In this document: positions 9,631 to 19,230 of the stretch, one piece after another
How positions within the stretch are numbered: position 1 is the first letter of the stretch
How the letters are laid out: the number at the start of each line of letters is the position of its first letter
Virus record (IMG/VR): IMGVR_UViG_3300042327_000544
Coordinates: 1 to 64,000 of that record
Strand: one strand, 5' to 3'
From: a virus
DNA length: 64,000 nucleotides
Notes under the pieces: generated by a model
Database searches by the model: none
What the model saw: the letters and a program-made list of their open reading frames with translations, nothing else
What the model was told of the DNA's origin: nothing
Position numbers and translations under genes: made by a program

Positions 9631-10489
9631 TTATTTCCTTTTTATTCTCTAAAAACATATTAAGGCAGTATCCCGATATAGTATTTGGATCTGCATAATC
9701 CATATTGTCGTAGTGTCCGTCTCTAGCATCAAATTTTGAATACATACCTACTCCGTGCCACTGATGTATATGAAATATTCCGTCTAAACTATCTGTTGAA
9801 AAGCAATTAGCATCAATGGAATCAGTAGTAATAAATTTTTCTTCATTAAATAAAGATGAAATAACAATTTCTGTAGCAATAAGCGTTGATGTTCCAGAAT
9901 ATAATGATTTTAGCCAAGTCTCTTCTATGGTGTCTCCATACTTGCCATCTGGGCATAGATAGTAAAATATATCCTTGCATAAAATATCAGAAAGACCCAT
10001 TACCCTGATAATGTCTGAAGAGGGACCAATTAATGTTGCACCCGCATTAAATATTTTTTTGTATCCCGAGTAATTAAATATATTTGCCAACTCATAGGTT
10101 TGCTCGATACATCTTTCAGTTAATGAATAGAATCCAGGCCTAAAAGAAATCTTGTCGTCAAATACATAATTATTTAAATTATTGGTAACAAAAACATCAG
10201 TGTCTGTTTTTATTAAGTATTTATATTGATTAAGTATATGTTTATTTGATTCCATAAACTTTAAAGATTTAGCATACCTATATGTTTCATAATACACATT
10301 CTTTGGAGACTCATACTCATATACTAACACGTTGTGTCTTTTTTTTATTTGACTGGCTATTTCAGGCTCTGCAAAAAGTACAAAAGTAAATCTTTCATCC
10401 AGATCTTTACCACTTAGGGTCATTTGATTTGCCTCATTTACAAAATTCCCGCCTTTATCTACAAAAGCCGTAATAGCTATTTTTGACAT
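9623..10489 (-). CDS. Putative GT-A fold glycosyltransferase
   Basis: YLIKTDTDVF DxD motif, C-terminal HIHQWH; start probably MSKIAI (TAATG overlap). Confidence 0.6.
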   Translation of the reverse strand: MSKIAITAFVDKGGNFVNEANQMTLSGKDLDERFTFVLFAEPEIASQIKKRHNVLVYEYESPKNVYYETYRYAKSLKFMESNKHILNQYKYLIKTDTDVFVTNNLNNYVFDDKISFRPGFYSLTERCIEQTYELANIFNYSGYKKIFNAGATLIGPSSDIIRVMGLSDILCKDIFYYLCPDGKYGDTIEETWLKSLYSGTSTLIATEIVISSLFNEEKFITTDSIDANCFSTDSLDGIFHIHQWHGVGMYSKFDARDGHYDNMDYADPNTISGYCLNMFLENKKEINV

Positions 10490-10920
10490 TACCAATTTCC
10501 TATAGGGCAAGTTGAGGACTCAAACGATGAATACTCTTTTGCAAATACGCCCAGCGGTTTGCATTGCTTAGATATTGTAACAAATTCTGGGCAATTTGTA
10601 CAGATAGAGTATCTGCTGTCTGCAACTTCTGGCCCAACCTCACCTTTTTCTATTTGTTTCCATAAACTCGTTTCCCTTAATGACTCGTTTACCGACCCAT
10701 TATCTGGCGTAAATCCCAAACTAATCATAATATCAATTTTTTCTAAAACTAGCGACTTCATTAGCAATGTTTTTTCATTGTAAATCTCTTGAGCAATTAA
10801 ATATGATTCATCATTTATTTCTTTTGTTATTGTGCTATAAAGTATTTTTATTTCATCATTTAATAATCTCTGCTGAATCTCAATTTCTTGTATTCTATTT
10901 AATTTATCTATATTTGTCAT
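10489..10920 (-). CDS. Coiled-coil + Cys-rich (DUF6171-like) protein
   Basis: RYSICTNC...QC...CPIGNW C-terminus. Confidence 0.6.
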   Translation of the reverse strand: MTNIDKLNRIQEIEIQQRLLNDEIKILYSTITKEINDESYLIAQEIYNEKTLLMKSLVLEKIDIMISLGFTPDNGSVNESLRETSLWKQIEKGEVGPEVADSRYSICTNCPEFVTISKQCKPLGVFAKEYSSFESSTCPIGNW

Positions 10921-10932
10921 TTTTTCTCCCTA

Positions 10933-13236
10933 TTATTGGTTAATGGTAATGTTTGAAGACTCAGTGTAAGCTGCCTCGTCAGATGTTCCAATTGTGTAAA
11001 TGGCGTTTCCATTGCTTACTCTGCTGCCTCTACCTTGAACTCCCATCCTGAAAGTACCGTTTGTAACGTCAGTATAAACATCGCTTCTAGGTGTCTCGTC
11101 AAACAGTGTATGTTTAACGTTTGCGGTTGAAGTGGTACGTTGTAGACGTGTATTCCACCATAAAAATGTAACACTTGTTCTTGTTGAAGTCCAGGTCATA
11201 GTTATAGTTCTACCACTGGCGCTTCTTCCTACGCTGTTTACTGTAAATACCGCTGCTGGCAAAGCAGTTGTCGTAGTAGTTGGAGCTGCGGTAGTCGTAG
11301 TAGTCGTAGTTGTCGTAGTAGTAGGTGCTGGAGTAGTTGTAGTAGTCGTAGTAGTCGTAGTAGTCGTGGTAGTCGTGGTAGTAGTTGGTGCGGGTGTAGT
11401 AGTAGTTGTAGTAGTTGTAGTAGGATTTGCTTCAGTTGTTGCTGTTGCAAATGCTGACCATCTGCTTACTCCAGTAGCGTTCTTTGAACGAACCCACCAC
11501 CAGTATTGTGTATTTCCAGCTAAACCAGTTCTATTAGAGCTAGTTACATTTCCTATTTCATAATCTTCTGTAGTGTTTTTATCTATAATGTCACTATAAT
11601 CTCCCACAGTACTATAATATAAATGGTAATTAGTTGGTGATCCTCCTGCTGCATTCCAAGCCAAATCAATTCTGCTATTAGACATTCTTGTTGCTGTAAG
11701 TCCAGTTGGTCTAGAGGGGAACTGTGGATTTACGTTAGATGTATTTTCAGAATAAGCCCCTTCATCTTCTGTTCCTATCGACCAAAAGTCATCTCCAGTG
11801 TAATCGCCTACACCATGTGCCTGAACCCCGAATCTATAAGAGGTCATTGTAAGTCCAGTTCCTCCGATGTCATTAAAAAAATCTGTAGTTTTATCTTCTG
11901 CATCTGTTGTATAAAATGTATGTTTTGCAGTTCCCCCTGTACTGGTATTTCTAAGTCTGGTATTTAGCCAAAGGAGAGTTACGTTGGTAGTAGCAGTTCC
12001 AAATTTTGTCCAGGTTCCGTCTATTCTTCTATATATATTAGAAACAGCAGTAGGCACTCTATTCTCAAGAGTCTCTACAACTGCAGTTATTGGCCCTAAG
12101 TTTGGAGTGCTATGCTGTATAGACACAGCTGATCCAAGTGAGGAATCGCTAACAAGTCTAATTAATTTACCTACAGCGGTCACATTAGTGCTTGTTCCGT
12201 CAAGATAAAATTTTGCTGGTATAACTACCGAGTGATCTTGGTTATGTGATGTATCAGTTCCGCTGCCCAGTACTGTCCCATCAGAGTTGTATATAGGTAT
12301 CCAGGCTGAACGGTTAGTATTATAGTACTGGAACATCCAATAAACTTTGTCTGGCTCTGGTGAGTATGTTCCAGTATTTGCTGTTATTGTATTGCCAATT
12401 TGTACACCAGTTGTTTTCCATGATGGCATCGTAACAATTACTGGGGCTGTTGCAATTGTACCAGTAGGAGTAGCCCAAGCACTGAATGTTGATCCACCAG
12501 TATTTACAGCTTTAATTCTTCCTGATATCTTATGTGTTAAATCATCCTCTGAAATTAAATATGTGCTGTCAGTGTAATCTGTGCGTATAGCTCCAGTATC
12601 TTCCCACTTCCATTCGTACTCAAAAAGAGATGAGTCTGGTGAAGTATCATTTGTTCTATCTGTAGTTACTTTCCAGTCGGGGTCTGTTTGTGCAAAAATT
12701 CCTACCGTCTGACCAGGTTGTGGGGATCCAGGAGAGGTTACTCCAATATAATATCCTCCATTAGTTGTTAGTGATACTGGAGCATACTTAACTATTTTAA
12801 CTGGTGTAGCATTTGCTTCGTTAAAAAGTGTGCCGTCTGATGCACGTACAGTTACTGTTATCCATTTACCATCATCATCATCTGTTGTTGTGTATGCCGC
12901 TGAAGTTGCTGCACCAATGGCTACGAATGGGCCTGCTTCTGCGTCTGATCTAACCCACTGTCTAGTAAAAGTAGTTGCGCCATCCCAGCTTCCATTTGTG
13001 CTGTCATATATATCAAACGTTTTTCCGCCTAATCTTGGAGTTATTGTTGGAGAGCTATTAAGTGATGGGCCAGCACCCAAAAAAACTTGCACCCATTTGC
13101 TTGTAGTGCCCACAAGTTTTTTTACATACACAGTAGCTAAAGATGTCCAGTTTCCATTCTTTTTTAAGTATATCTTCTTAAGCTGTACCCATTTGCTTGT
13201 GCCGTTTACGTCTTTCTTTAAATATGCTTTTGGCAT
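10933..13236 (-). CDS. Tail-fibre tip/adhesin with Ig-like and FN3 domains and mucin-like poly-Thr stalk
   Basis: Lys/Trp repeat N-terminal docking segment; Ig-like repeats (STNGSW..TRQW..ITVTV); FN3 (PTGLTA..LAW..GLAGNTQYWWWVRSKN); Thr tract; duplicated terminal domain. Confidence 0.75.
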   Translation of the reverse strand: MPKAYLKKDVNGTSKWVQLKKIYLKKNGNWTSLATVYVKKLVGTTSKWVQVFLGAGPSLNSSPTITPRLGGKTFDIYDSTNGSWDGATTFTRQWVRSDAEAGPFVAIGAATSAAYTTTDDDDGKWITVTVRASDGTLFNEANATPVKIVKYAPVSLTTNGGYYIGVTSPGSPQPGQTVGIFAQTDPDWKVTTDRTNDTSPDSSLFEYEWKWEDTGAIRTDYTDSTYLISEDDLTHKISGRIKAVNTGGSTFSAWATPTGTIATAPVIVTMPSWKTTGVQIGNTITANTGTYSPEPDKVYWMFQYYNTNRSAWIPIYNSDGTVLGSGTDTSHNQDHSVVIPAKFYLDGTSTNVTAVGKLIRLVSDSSLGSAVSIQHSTPNLGPITAVVETLENRVPTAVSNIYRRIDGTWTKFGTATTNVTLLWLNTRLRNTSTGGTAKHTFYTTDAEDKTTDFFNDIGGTGLTMTSYRFGVQAHGVGDYTGDDFWSIGTEDEGAYSENTSNVNPQFPSRPTGLTATRMSNSRIDLAWNAAGGSPTNYHLYYSTVGDYSDIIDKNTTEDYEIGNVTSSNRTGLAGNTQYWWWVRSKNATGVSRWSAFATATTEANPTTTTTTTTTPAPTTTTTTTTTTTTTTTTTTPAPTTTTTTTTTTTAAPTTTTTALPAAVFTVNSVGRSASGRTITMTWTSTRTSVTFLWWNTRLQRTTSTANVKHTLFDETPRSDVYTDVTNGTFRMGVQGRGSRVSNGNAIYTIGTSDEAAYTESSNITINQ
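11266..11421 (-). repeat. Poly-threonine coding tract (about T9-PAP-T18-PAP-T11-AAP-T5)
   Basis: (ACN)n with mixed ACT/ACG/ACA/ACC codons. Confidence 0.95.
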
Positions 13237-13245
13237 GATCTTACC

Positions 13246-15759
13246 TTAATTATTCGTGCTAAACGCTAGGTCGCCGTTTTGACCGACGCTATTCCAGGTT
13301 GAACCTAGAATGGTTGTAGAGCTTGAGCCTGTAGTAAAAATTGCTCTTCCTCGTGTTACCTTTCCAGTTGCATCTGTTTGTAACATGGCTGGCTGATCTT
13401 TTGATGAAGTAGTTAAATGCTCTACTCCCCAGTTTTGTCCAGATATATTTTCATCTCCTATAAAGTAAAATCCCTTTTCGGTAGTATTGGCTCTTATTTC
13501 AAATCCCATGTACCCTGCACCACCAAGATAGTTTACATAGTTTGTTACTGCGCCACCTGAAGTTCCTGATGCATACCAGGTCTCTCCGTAATAAAATGTT
13601 GAATCTGGGAGCCCTCCTTCAAATAGGCTATCTGTAAATTTTACTGTATTTGACACAATGGTGTTCGTGGTTGTAGTTGAACCCCACTCATCATTTATGG
13701 GGTCGTATGTAGGAATAGAAACATACTCTGTAGTAGTTTGGGATGCTGGCATTATCGTATATCTTATATTAGTAAAGTTTAATCTTGTAGAGTCATCTGC
13801 AGTTTCTGTCTGACCTCCAGAAACGTTTGTACTTGCTGTCTGTTTTCCACTAAGGTTGATTGTAGCTCCAGTAACCGTACCACCCTCAATTGTAGTTCCA
13901 GTAACTTTAGTTCCAGTTATAAGCCCGCCAGAAATAGTTCCAGTGTTAGAGTTTAAAGTAATTACTCCATTTGTAGATCCAGCCTTTGATGTAATTGTTT
14001 CTGAATTTATTTGCCATCCGCTTGTAGTGTTACCCAGATATCCGCTGGAAGCTTTTATAACACCTGTTATATCAGCAGATGTTGCAGTAAGTCCTCCTGC
14101 TGCTGTTACTATAAACTGCCCGCCAGATCCTGCAGTAATAGATCCATCTGAGCCCAGGGTTGTGTTGGCCTTGCTGATAGCGTTTGCTGTAATTGACCAT
14201 CCGCCTATTGTTCCTTTATTAACAGTAATTCCAGATGCCGTGTCTAGCTGAAATAGGGTGCCGCCTGCATCTGTTCCTTGAATACCAACTCCTCCTGTGT
14301 ATGCGCCTTGAGCATTCGTAAAAGCTCCCATTTCAATTTTGGTGCCCGTTGGAGTATTAAGTTTAAATTGACCATATGCTGTAGCGCTTCCGACCTGTAT
14401 GGCGCCAGTAAAATTACCAGCATTTGCATTGACAGTTCCAGTTACTGATAGGTTACTTCCGTCCCACACAAGTTTATCTGTTGCACCACCAACTGATAAG
14501 TATGCAGCACTTGATAAATTTGTATTTCCCTGAACGTACCAGTAGTTATCTGGGGCAATATAAAGACCTTTTTTAGAATTATCTGAACTGATTCCATATC
14601 CTAATTTCATATCTCCCGCTGTGATTGCAACATCTGGTAAAAGAGAATTACTTACTGGAACTACTATGTCTTGATAGGTACGCCATTGCGTTTCATTAGT
14701 ATTGCCATAAATATCAAATGTACTTACTGCAATCTCATAAGACTTTCCGCCTTTAAGGCCATAGATGTACGAAGATGTTTTTTCTTTACCTGGAACAGAC
14801 ATGTATGTATAAGAAGAATTAGAGCCAGCTATTCTAAATCTTATTCTATATCCAGATGTACTAGCGTCTGCATTTTCTGTCCATGTAAACAAAACCTTTT
14901 TGTCAAAAGAAAATAATCCATTTGAATCATCAGTTACCGTAGTAGTACCAACATTAAACGTATTGACTGGTGGAGTACTGTCAAAAACTATTGGATCAAA
15001 TGGTACTGCCTCTTTAACGCTTGAGAAGCTAGACTTTAATCCTGTAATAGATACGTGCCTAATTTTAATATAATTTGTAGACAAAGATGCAACCGTTATA
15101 ATTGCTGGTCCTTTGCCAGAGTACACTAGATCGTATGTTCCAGACTGTGAGGATGAAGTGTGAACCTCTGTGTAGTTGTATGTAGGGGAAGAAGCTAATG
15201 CACCAGACCATGAAACTGTAAATCCATTTGATACAGAAAGCACTGACCAATCTGTATCAGAAACATTTTGACCTGAGATTGCATCTGCATAAGGAGGTAT
15301 TGCAAATGCTGTTCCAGTAGTAGATGTATCTATATATACGGTTTTTAATAGGCCCGTCAAAGTAGTTGGAAGAACGCCTGCAAAATTATTAATTAATTCT
15401 TGTGACGAGATGATAGCTTTTTGTTGAGGTTTTGTTTTATCAATAGAATATGCAAAAGGAACTGTAACTGCTCCCGAAGTTATATAAATAGTAAATAGAG
15501 TAGAAAGTAATGGGGCTTCCCACGATATTTCTAAATTAATTCCGTTCCATACAGAAGTTATATTGCTTGCCTCTGGTCTAGAAATTTCTGGGGTACTAAG
15601 ATTCTTAGAAGCAGACCAAAGACCATAAGACCCGTCTGCAAATTTCCATCTAAACTGTATAGGAACTATTCTTCCTGGATCTAAATCTGGGATGACAACA
15701 TCAAACGTATCGCTGCCAGCAGCGCCTACGCTATAGTCACCTAGATCTTCAAAAGCCAT
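13246..15759 (-). CDS. Tail fibre/spike protein with FN3 domains
   Basis: FN3 (GYRIRFR..GLKGGKSYEIAVSTFD), Gly/Thr-rich beta-helix-like repeats (GGWSIT, SGWQIN), GQNGDL C-terminus. Confidence 0.7.
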   Translation of the reverse strand: MAFEDLGDYSVGAAGSDTFDVVIPDLDPGRIVPIQFRWKFADGSYGLWSASKNLSTPEISRPEASNITSVWNGINLEISWEAPLLSTLFTIYITSGAVTVPFAYSIDKTKPQQKAIISSQELINNFAGVLPTTLTGLLKTVYIDTSTTGTAFAIPPYADAISGQNVSDTDWSVLSVSNGFTVSWSGALASSPTYNYTEVHTSSSQSGTYDLVYSGKGPAIITVASLSTNYIKIRHVSITGLKSSFSSVKEAVPFDPIVFDSTPPVNTFNVGTTTVTDDSNGLFSFDKKVLFTWTENADASTSGYRIRFRIAGSNSSYTYMSVPGKEKTSSYIYGLKGGKSYEIAVSTFDIYGNTNETQWRTYQDIVVPVSNSLLPDVAITAGDMKLGYGISSDNSKKGLYIAPDNYWYVQGNTNLSSAAYLSVGGATDKLVWDGSNLSVTGTVNANAGNFTGAIQVGSATAYGQFKLNTPTGTKIEMGAFTNAQGAYTGGVGIQGTDAGGTLFQLDTASGITVNKGTIGGWSITANAISKANTTLGSDGSITAGSGGQFIVTAAGGLTATSADITGVIKASSGYLGNTTSGWQINSETITSKAGSTNGVITLNSNTGTISGGLITGTKVTGTTIEGGTVTGATINLSGKQTASTNVSGGQTETADDSTRLNFTNIRYTIMPASQTTTEYVSIPTYDPINDEWGSTTTTNTIVSNTVKFTDSLFEGGLPDSTFYYGETWYASGTSGGAVTNYVNYLGGAGYMGFEIRANTTEKGFYFIGDENISGQNWGVEHLTTSSKDQPAMLQTDATGKVTRGRAIFTTGSSSTTILGSTWNSVGQNGDLAFSTNN

Positions 15760-15760
15760 A

Positions 15761-16684
15761 CTAGAATCCTAAATCCAATTTGTATTCGACTTCTACCTGT
15801 CTTCCAGACAATTTTACAAGCGGTGTAGATAATACAGACCTGCTTATCAAACCAAAATCTGGACTGAATGTATCTTCGTCATTAATTCTTAATGCGTCCA
15901 TATCTACCGAAGTTGATACTCCAGCCGCTGGAGTAATTGTAATACCTATCTGGTTAATATTAGAAGAGTCTACATTTAATGTACTGGCATTTGAAAAAAG
16001 ATTGCTTAGCGGTATACCAGGAGTTATCTTGTATCCCGTCCCAGACTCTGGAGTAATTGTGATAGAGTAATAGTCAGACGGAGAGCTATAAAATTTAATA
16101 ATAATGCTACTTAAGTTTTCATCTTCCTTAAAGTAAGCCAGTCTTAGGGTATCGTTTACGCTATAACCTGACAAGTCTATTTGCTGTACATTACTTTTAT
16201 ATTCTCTTGCCGCAGTTCCGTTAGAAGACATGCTTAAAGTATATTGCCCGACTCTAGAATTATTTAAAGATATAGATGGGTTGTTTGTCCAATCTAGTTG
16301 GCTTTCAAAATCTGCAATAAACTTGCTGTCGTAAGAAGTAATGGAGTCTCTAAACTCTGGGTAAATTCCTACCTCTGTAATGTATCCAGCCACATCTTGT
16401 GGTATTGTGGTTTTATAAACTACAGAATAAGTAGTGGTGTCATTTAATGTTTGTATATCAGTGCTACCAAATTCAACTGGAGTTCGATAAAATTCAAATC
16501 CCAGCCTTGTGTCTGCATCTGTTGCAGAGGTGCTATCAATTCCAAATGCCATTGTTTTTGAATTGAATGAGTCTCTTCCAGCAAGGAAACTCGTTAGGAA
16601 TCTTTTGCCATACTTTGTAATAACATTTGAAGAACGAAAAATTTCCTTACCGTCTTCATAATATACATATGTTCCTTTTATCAT
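15761..16684 (-). CDS. Minor tail/baseplate protein
   Basis: NVITKYGK..MAFG..LGFEFYR..ITEVGIY resembles tail-collar fibre N-terminal family; tail module context. Confidence 0.6.
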   Translation of the reverse strand: MIKGTYVYYEDGKEIFRSSNVITKYGKRFLTSFLAGRDSFNSKTMAFGIDSTSATDADTRLGFEFYRTPVEFGSTDIQTLNDTTTYSVVYKTTIPQDVAGYITEVGIYPEFRDSITSYDSKFIADFESQLDWTNNPSISLNNSRVGQYTLSMSSNGTAAREYKSNVQQIDLSGYSVNDTLRLAYFKEDENLSSIIIKFYSSPSDYYSITITPESGTGYKITPGIPLSNLFSNASTLNVDSSNINQIGITITPAAGVSTSVDMDALRINDEDTFSPDFGLISRSVLSTPLVKLSGRQVEVEYKLDLGF

Positions 16685-16692
16685 ATATCTCC

Positions 16693-17493
16693 TTAAATTG
16701 GTGTAGAATATCCTGAATAATATGTTTTGCCGTCTGTTGCCACAACAACTGCCCTAACTCTTAGCCATCTTCCAGAGGCTGTTGCAGGAGTATCTCCTTG
16801 TGATGAGCTAACCCTATAGTTTCTAGTCTTTCCGCTGTTTCCTATTGATAACAATCCACCAGAAACATATGTTTTTGATCCAGAACTTATCTTTGTACTT
16901 GTAACACTTGAAGATGATCTTATTTCCCACTGATAAGTAACTGATTGATAAGATCCTAATCCAGATACATTGTTCCATCCCCAAGCTACTGCTGTTCCAG
17001 TTCTGTCAAAAGCAACCGATGGAACTGAAGGAGAGGGGGCAATAAATGCTACTGGAGTTGGTGTGGCTGATGCTAATGCTGGAGCCTGATTGCTTTGTTG
17101 GCTTCTGGCATCCACTCCAACTACGTCTTTCTTTTTTAGACTTGAATTTCTAATTTTTATAATTGCTTTTATTCTAACAGAATTAAATGTATCAAAGTAT
17201 TGTTGATAGGTGATATTCTCTATATCTGTTAATTGAGGTATATCTATAATCTCTGCAGGTGGATTTGGATCTGGTGGTAATTTTTTATTTGCCTCGCTTA
17301 CAGATGATGATCCAGGAGATCCGCTACCTGATGATCCCATAACAAATGGGGTGACTCCCTCTGTTTTAGTACCCTCTTCAATATCTATTCCGACTGTTTT
17401 TCTTAAGAACACACGATCTGGGGAATTTTTTGGCAAGACAATAGGAGAACCAGTAACAACTGATTTACCGTCAACTCTATTATCGTTTGCCAT
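16693..17493 (-). CDS. Minor tail protein with C-terminal FN3-like domain
   Basis: Ser/Pro linkers, WGWNNV..YQWEI..WLRVRAV. Confidence 0.55.
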   Translation of the reverse strand: MANDNRVDGKSVVTGSPIVLPKNSPDRVFLRKTVGIDIEEGTKTEGVTPFVMGSSGSGSPGSSSVSEANKKLPPDPNPPAEIIDIPQLTDIENITYQQYFDTFNSVRIKAIIKIRNSSLKKKDVVGVDARSQQSNQAPALASATPTPVAFIAPSPSVPSVAFDRTGTAVAWGWNNVSGLGSYQSVTYQWEIRSSSSVTSTKISSGSKTYVSGGLLSIGNSGKTRNYRVSSSQGDTPATASGRWLRVRAVVVATDGKTYYSGYSTPI

Positions 17494-17499
17494 TTTATT

Positions 17500-17508
17500 A
17501 TTATATCA
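17500..17508 (-). promoter_or_regulatory. Extended -10 promoter, leaderless
   Basis: TGATATAAT 6 nt before ATG 17493, no SD. Confidence 0.65.
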
Positions 17509-17517
17509 TTTAGTCGA

Positions 17518-19230
17518 CTACAATGATCGACATGTGATCTCCGTATCTAGTCCATCGCTGAACGAATGTCTAACGTTTGTAACTATGAATTTCTGTGTTC
17601 CGTCTAGACCTTGATATGAGTATTTAACAGAAACAATATCTCCAACTGCAATAAATGGATTTCCAAATACCGATAAATTAATTAGCTTACCCTTATTCAC
17701 AATGTTATTTTTAATCCAAGCGCCAAGTGCTTCAACGTCTGAAAGATTTTGTAGCCAAGATGATTCAAAGATTATTGGCTCTTGATTAATATAATCTGAC
17801 AATATATCTGAGTTATACTCTAGGGTCCCAGACGGAGCAATTGTGTCTCCGTATATATAAAAGGTTGCTGCCTTTTCATCATTTAATGGGGTAAGAGCAG
17901 AGCTGTTATTTAATACGTAGGTCTCTCCGCCAAAATTGCTAACCTTTGATCCTAATATTTTTACAGAAGTATTTAAGCCTGTTGAAAATTTAATTGGGTA
18001 AGCTGGTGCGCTATTGTATCTTAAAGACACCTTTCTTATTTCTCTAACCGAGGTTCCAAATTCATCTATGCCCGCTGGCTTGGCAGCATTGTCTTGTTCT
18101 AGAGAGTTGTTGTAAATAATGTCTCCGAAACCAATATCTAAATAGTCGTTAGAAAAAGATCCCCTATACATGTTGCTTACAAATTCAGAATCATTGTATT
18201 TTTTTGCATCTATATCGGTGCCATACACGTAATCAAATATAGCCTCTCCATGTTGACATACTAGGGCAATTGTTTTTGTTGGCTTTAGCATTGGGGTAGA
18301 AGTTTTTTTACCATCTTCATCTTCATATATTGCCGTGCTGTCTGTAGCGGTAATTAAAAATCCATTAATGTATGCGTTGATTTTTATAGATGCCTGACTT
18401 ACTTTAATCTTAACATCAATATCATAAGACCTTCCTCCGTATACTCCATTGAGGCTAGTTACCGTATTCTTTTGACTATCATTTAATACACGTATATCTC
18501 CACCTTTTACCTTGCAAATTCTGACTTCTTTTTTATTAACAGCCCCTGCTGTTTCTGTGCTGTTAATGATAATATAATATCCGTCATTACCCTGACCATC
18601 TACAAAAAAGCCTAGCCCCGCTGACTGCCTTGTTCTATCAATAGTAGACTCTAAAAACATTTTTGTGCCAAATGCATAATGGCTTGTTGCATATGATGGA
18701 TAGGCTTCTTGAATAAAAGAAGGTAGGCCAGAGTAAAACAATGTATTTGTTGGCAGGGATATTGCATCAAATGTTCTATAGGCTACGGAAAATTCTTTTG
18801 GATTAGAAGAGCTGTTGCTCATTCTTAAAAATGATTTTGCGGCTGCTGCCTTAGTGGGATCCACGACCATGCCTTTATAACCAGCCACATTATATTCAAT
18901 TGGGGTAGTAAACGACCTGTAAACACTATTACCAAACGAGGTTCCGTTTCCAGCTTTTACAGAAATTCCATAGGATGTATTTGTTGAAAGGTTTTCTATT
19001 GTAAATGGATTTTGAGTTTTTAATACAGTTTGAGAGGTTCCAGAGACAATATTATTTGATGCATCAATCTTGTAGTAAGTAACAGAATAATTTACAGGCT
19101 CGGTTGTCATATTTGTTTTAGAAATTTTTACAGAAATTGATGACGTTGAAGTAAAAGTTATTTCTGGTATGCCGCCAATATTGGTTGTTGATTGAGCTAA
19201 GTACATATCAAGGAATCTGTCTACACCCAT
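17518..19230 (-). CDS. Tail tip/baseplate hub protein, C-terminal part
   Basis: FN3 N-terminus; GNPFIAVGDIVSV...FIVTNVRH hub-type ending; TAATG coupling at 19230. Confidence 0.65.
   Translation of the reverse strand: MGVDRFLDMYLAQSTTNIGGIPEITFTSTSSISVKISKTNMTTEPVNYSVTYYKIDASNNIVSGTSQTVLKTQNPFTIENLSTNTSYGISVKAGNGTSFGNSVYRSFTTPIEYNVAGYKGMVVDPTKAAAAKSFLRMSNSSSNPKEFSVAYRTFDAISLPTNTLFYSGLPSFIQEAYPSYATSHYAFGTKMFLESTIDRTRQSAGLGFFVDGQGNDGYYIIINSTETAGAVNKKEVRICKVKGGDIRVLNDSQKNTVTSLNGVYGGRSYDIDVKIKVSQASIKINAYINGFLITATDSTAIYEDEDGKKTSTPMLKPTKTIALVCQHGEAIFDYVYGTDIDAKKYNDSEFVSNMYRGSFSNDYLDIGFGDIIYNNSLEQDNAAKPAGIDEFGTSVREIRKVSLRYNSAPAYPIKFSTGLNTSVKILGSKVSNFGGETYVLNNSSALTPLNDEKAATFYIYGDTIAPSGTLEYNSDILSDYINQEPIIFESSWLQNLSDVEALGAWIKNNIVNKGKLINLSVFGNPFIAVGDIVSVKYSYQGLDGTQKFIVTNVRHSFSDGLDTEITCRSL

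Noticed and set aside
11132-11563. Poly-Val plus-strand ORF and Leu/Arg-rich alternate-frame ORF
   Set aside because: By-products of the (ACN)n Thr tract; no RBS or independent support
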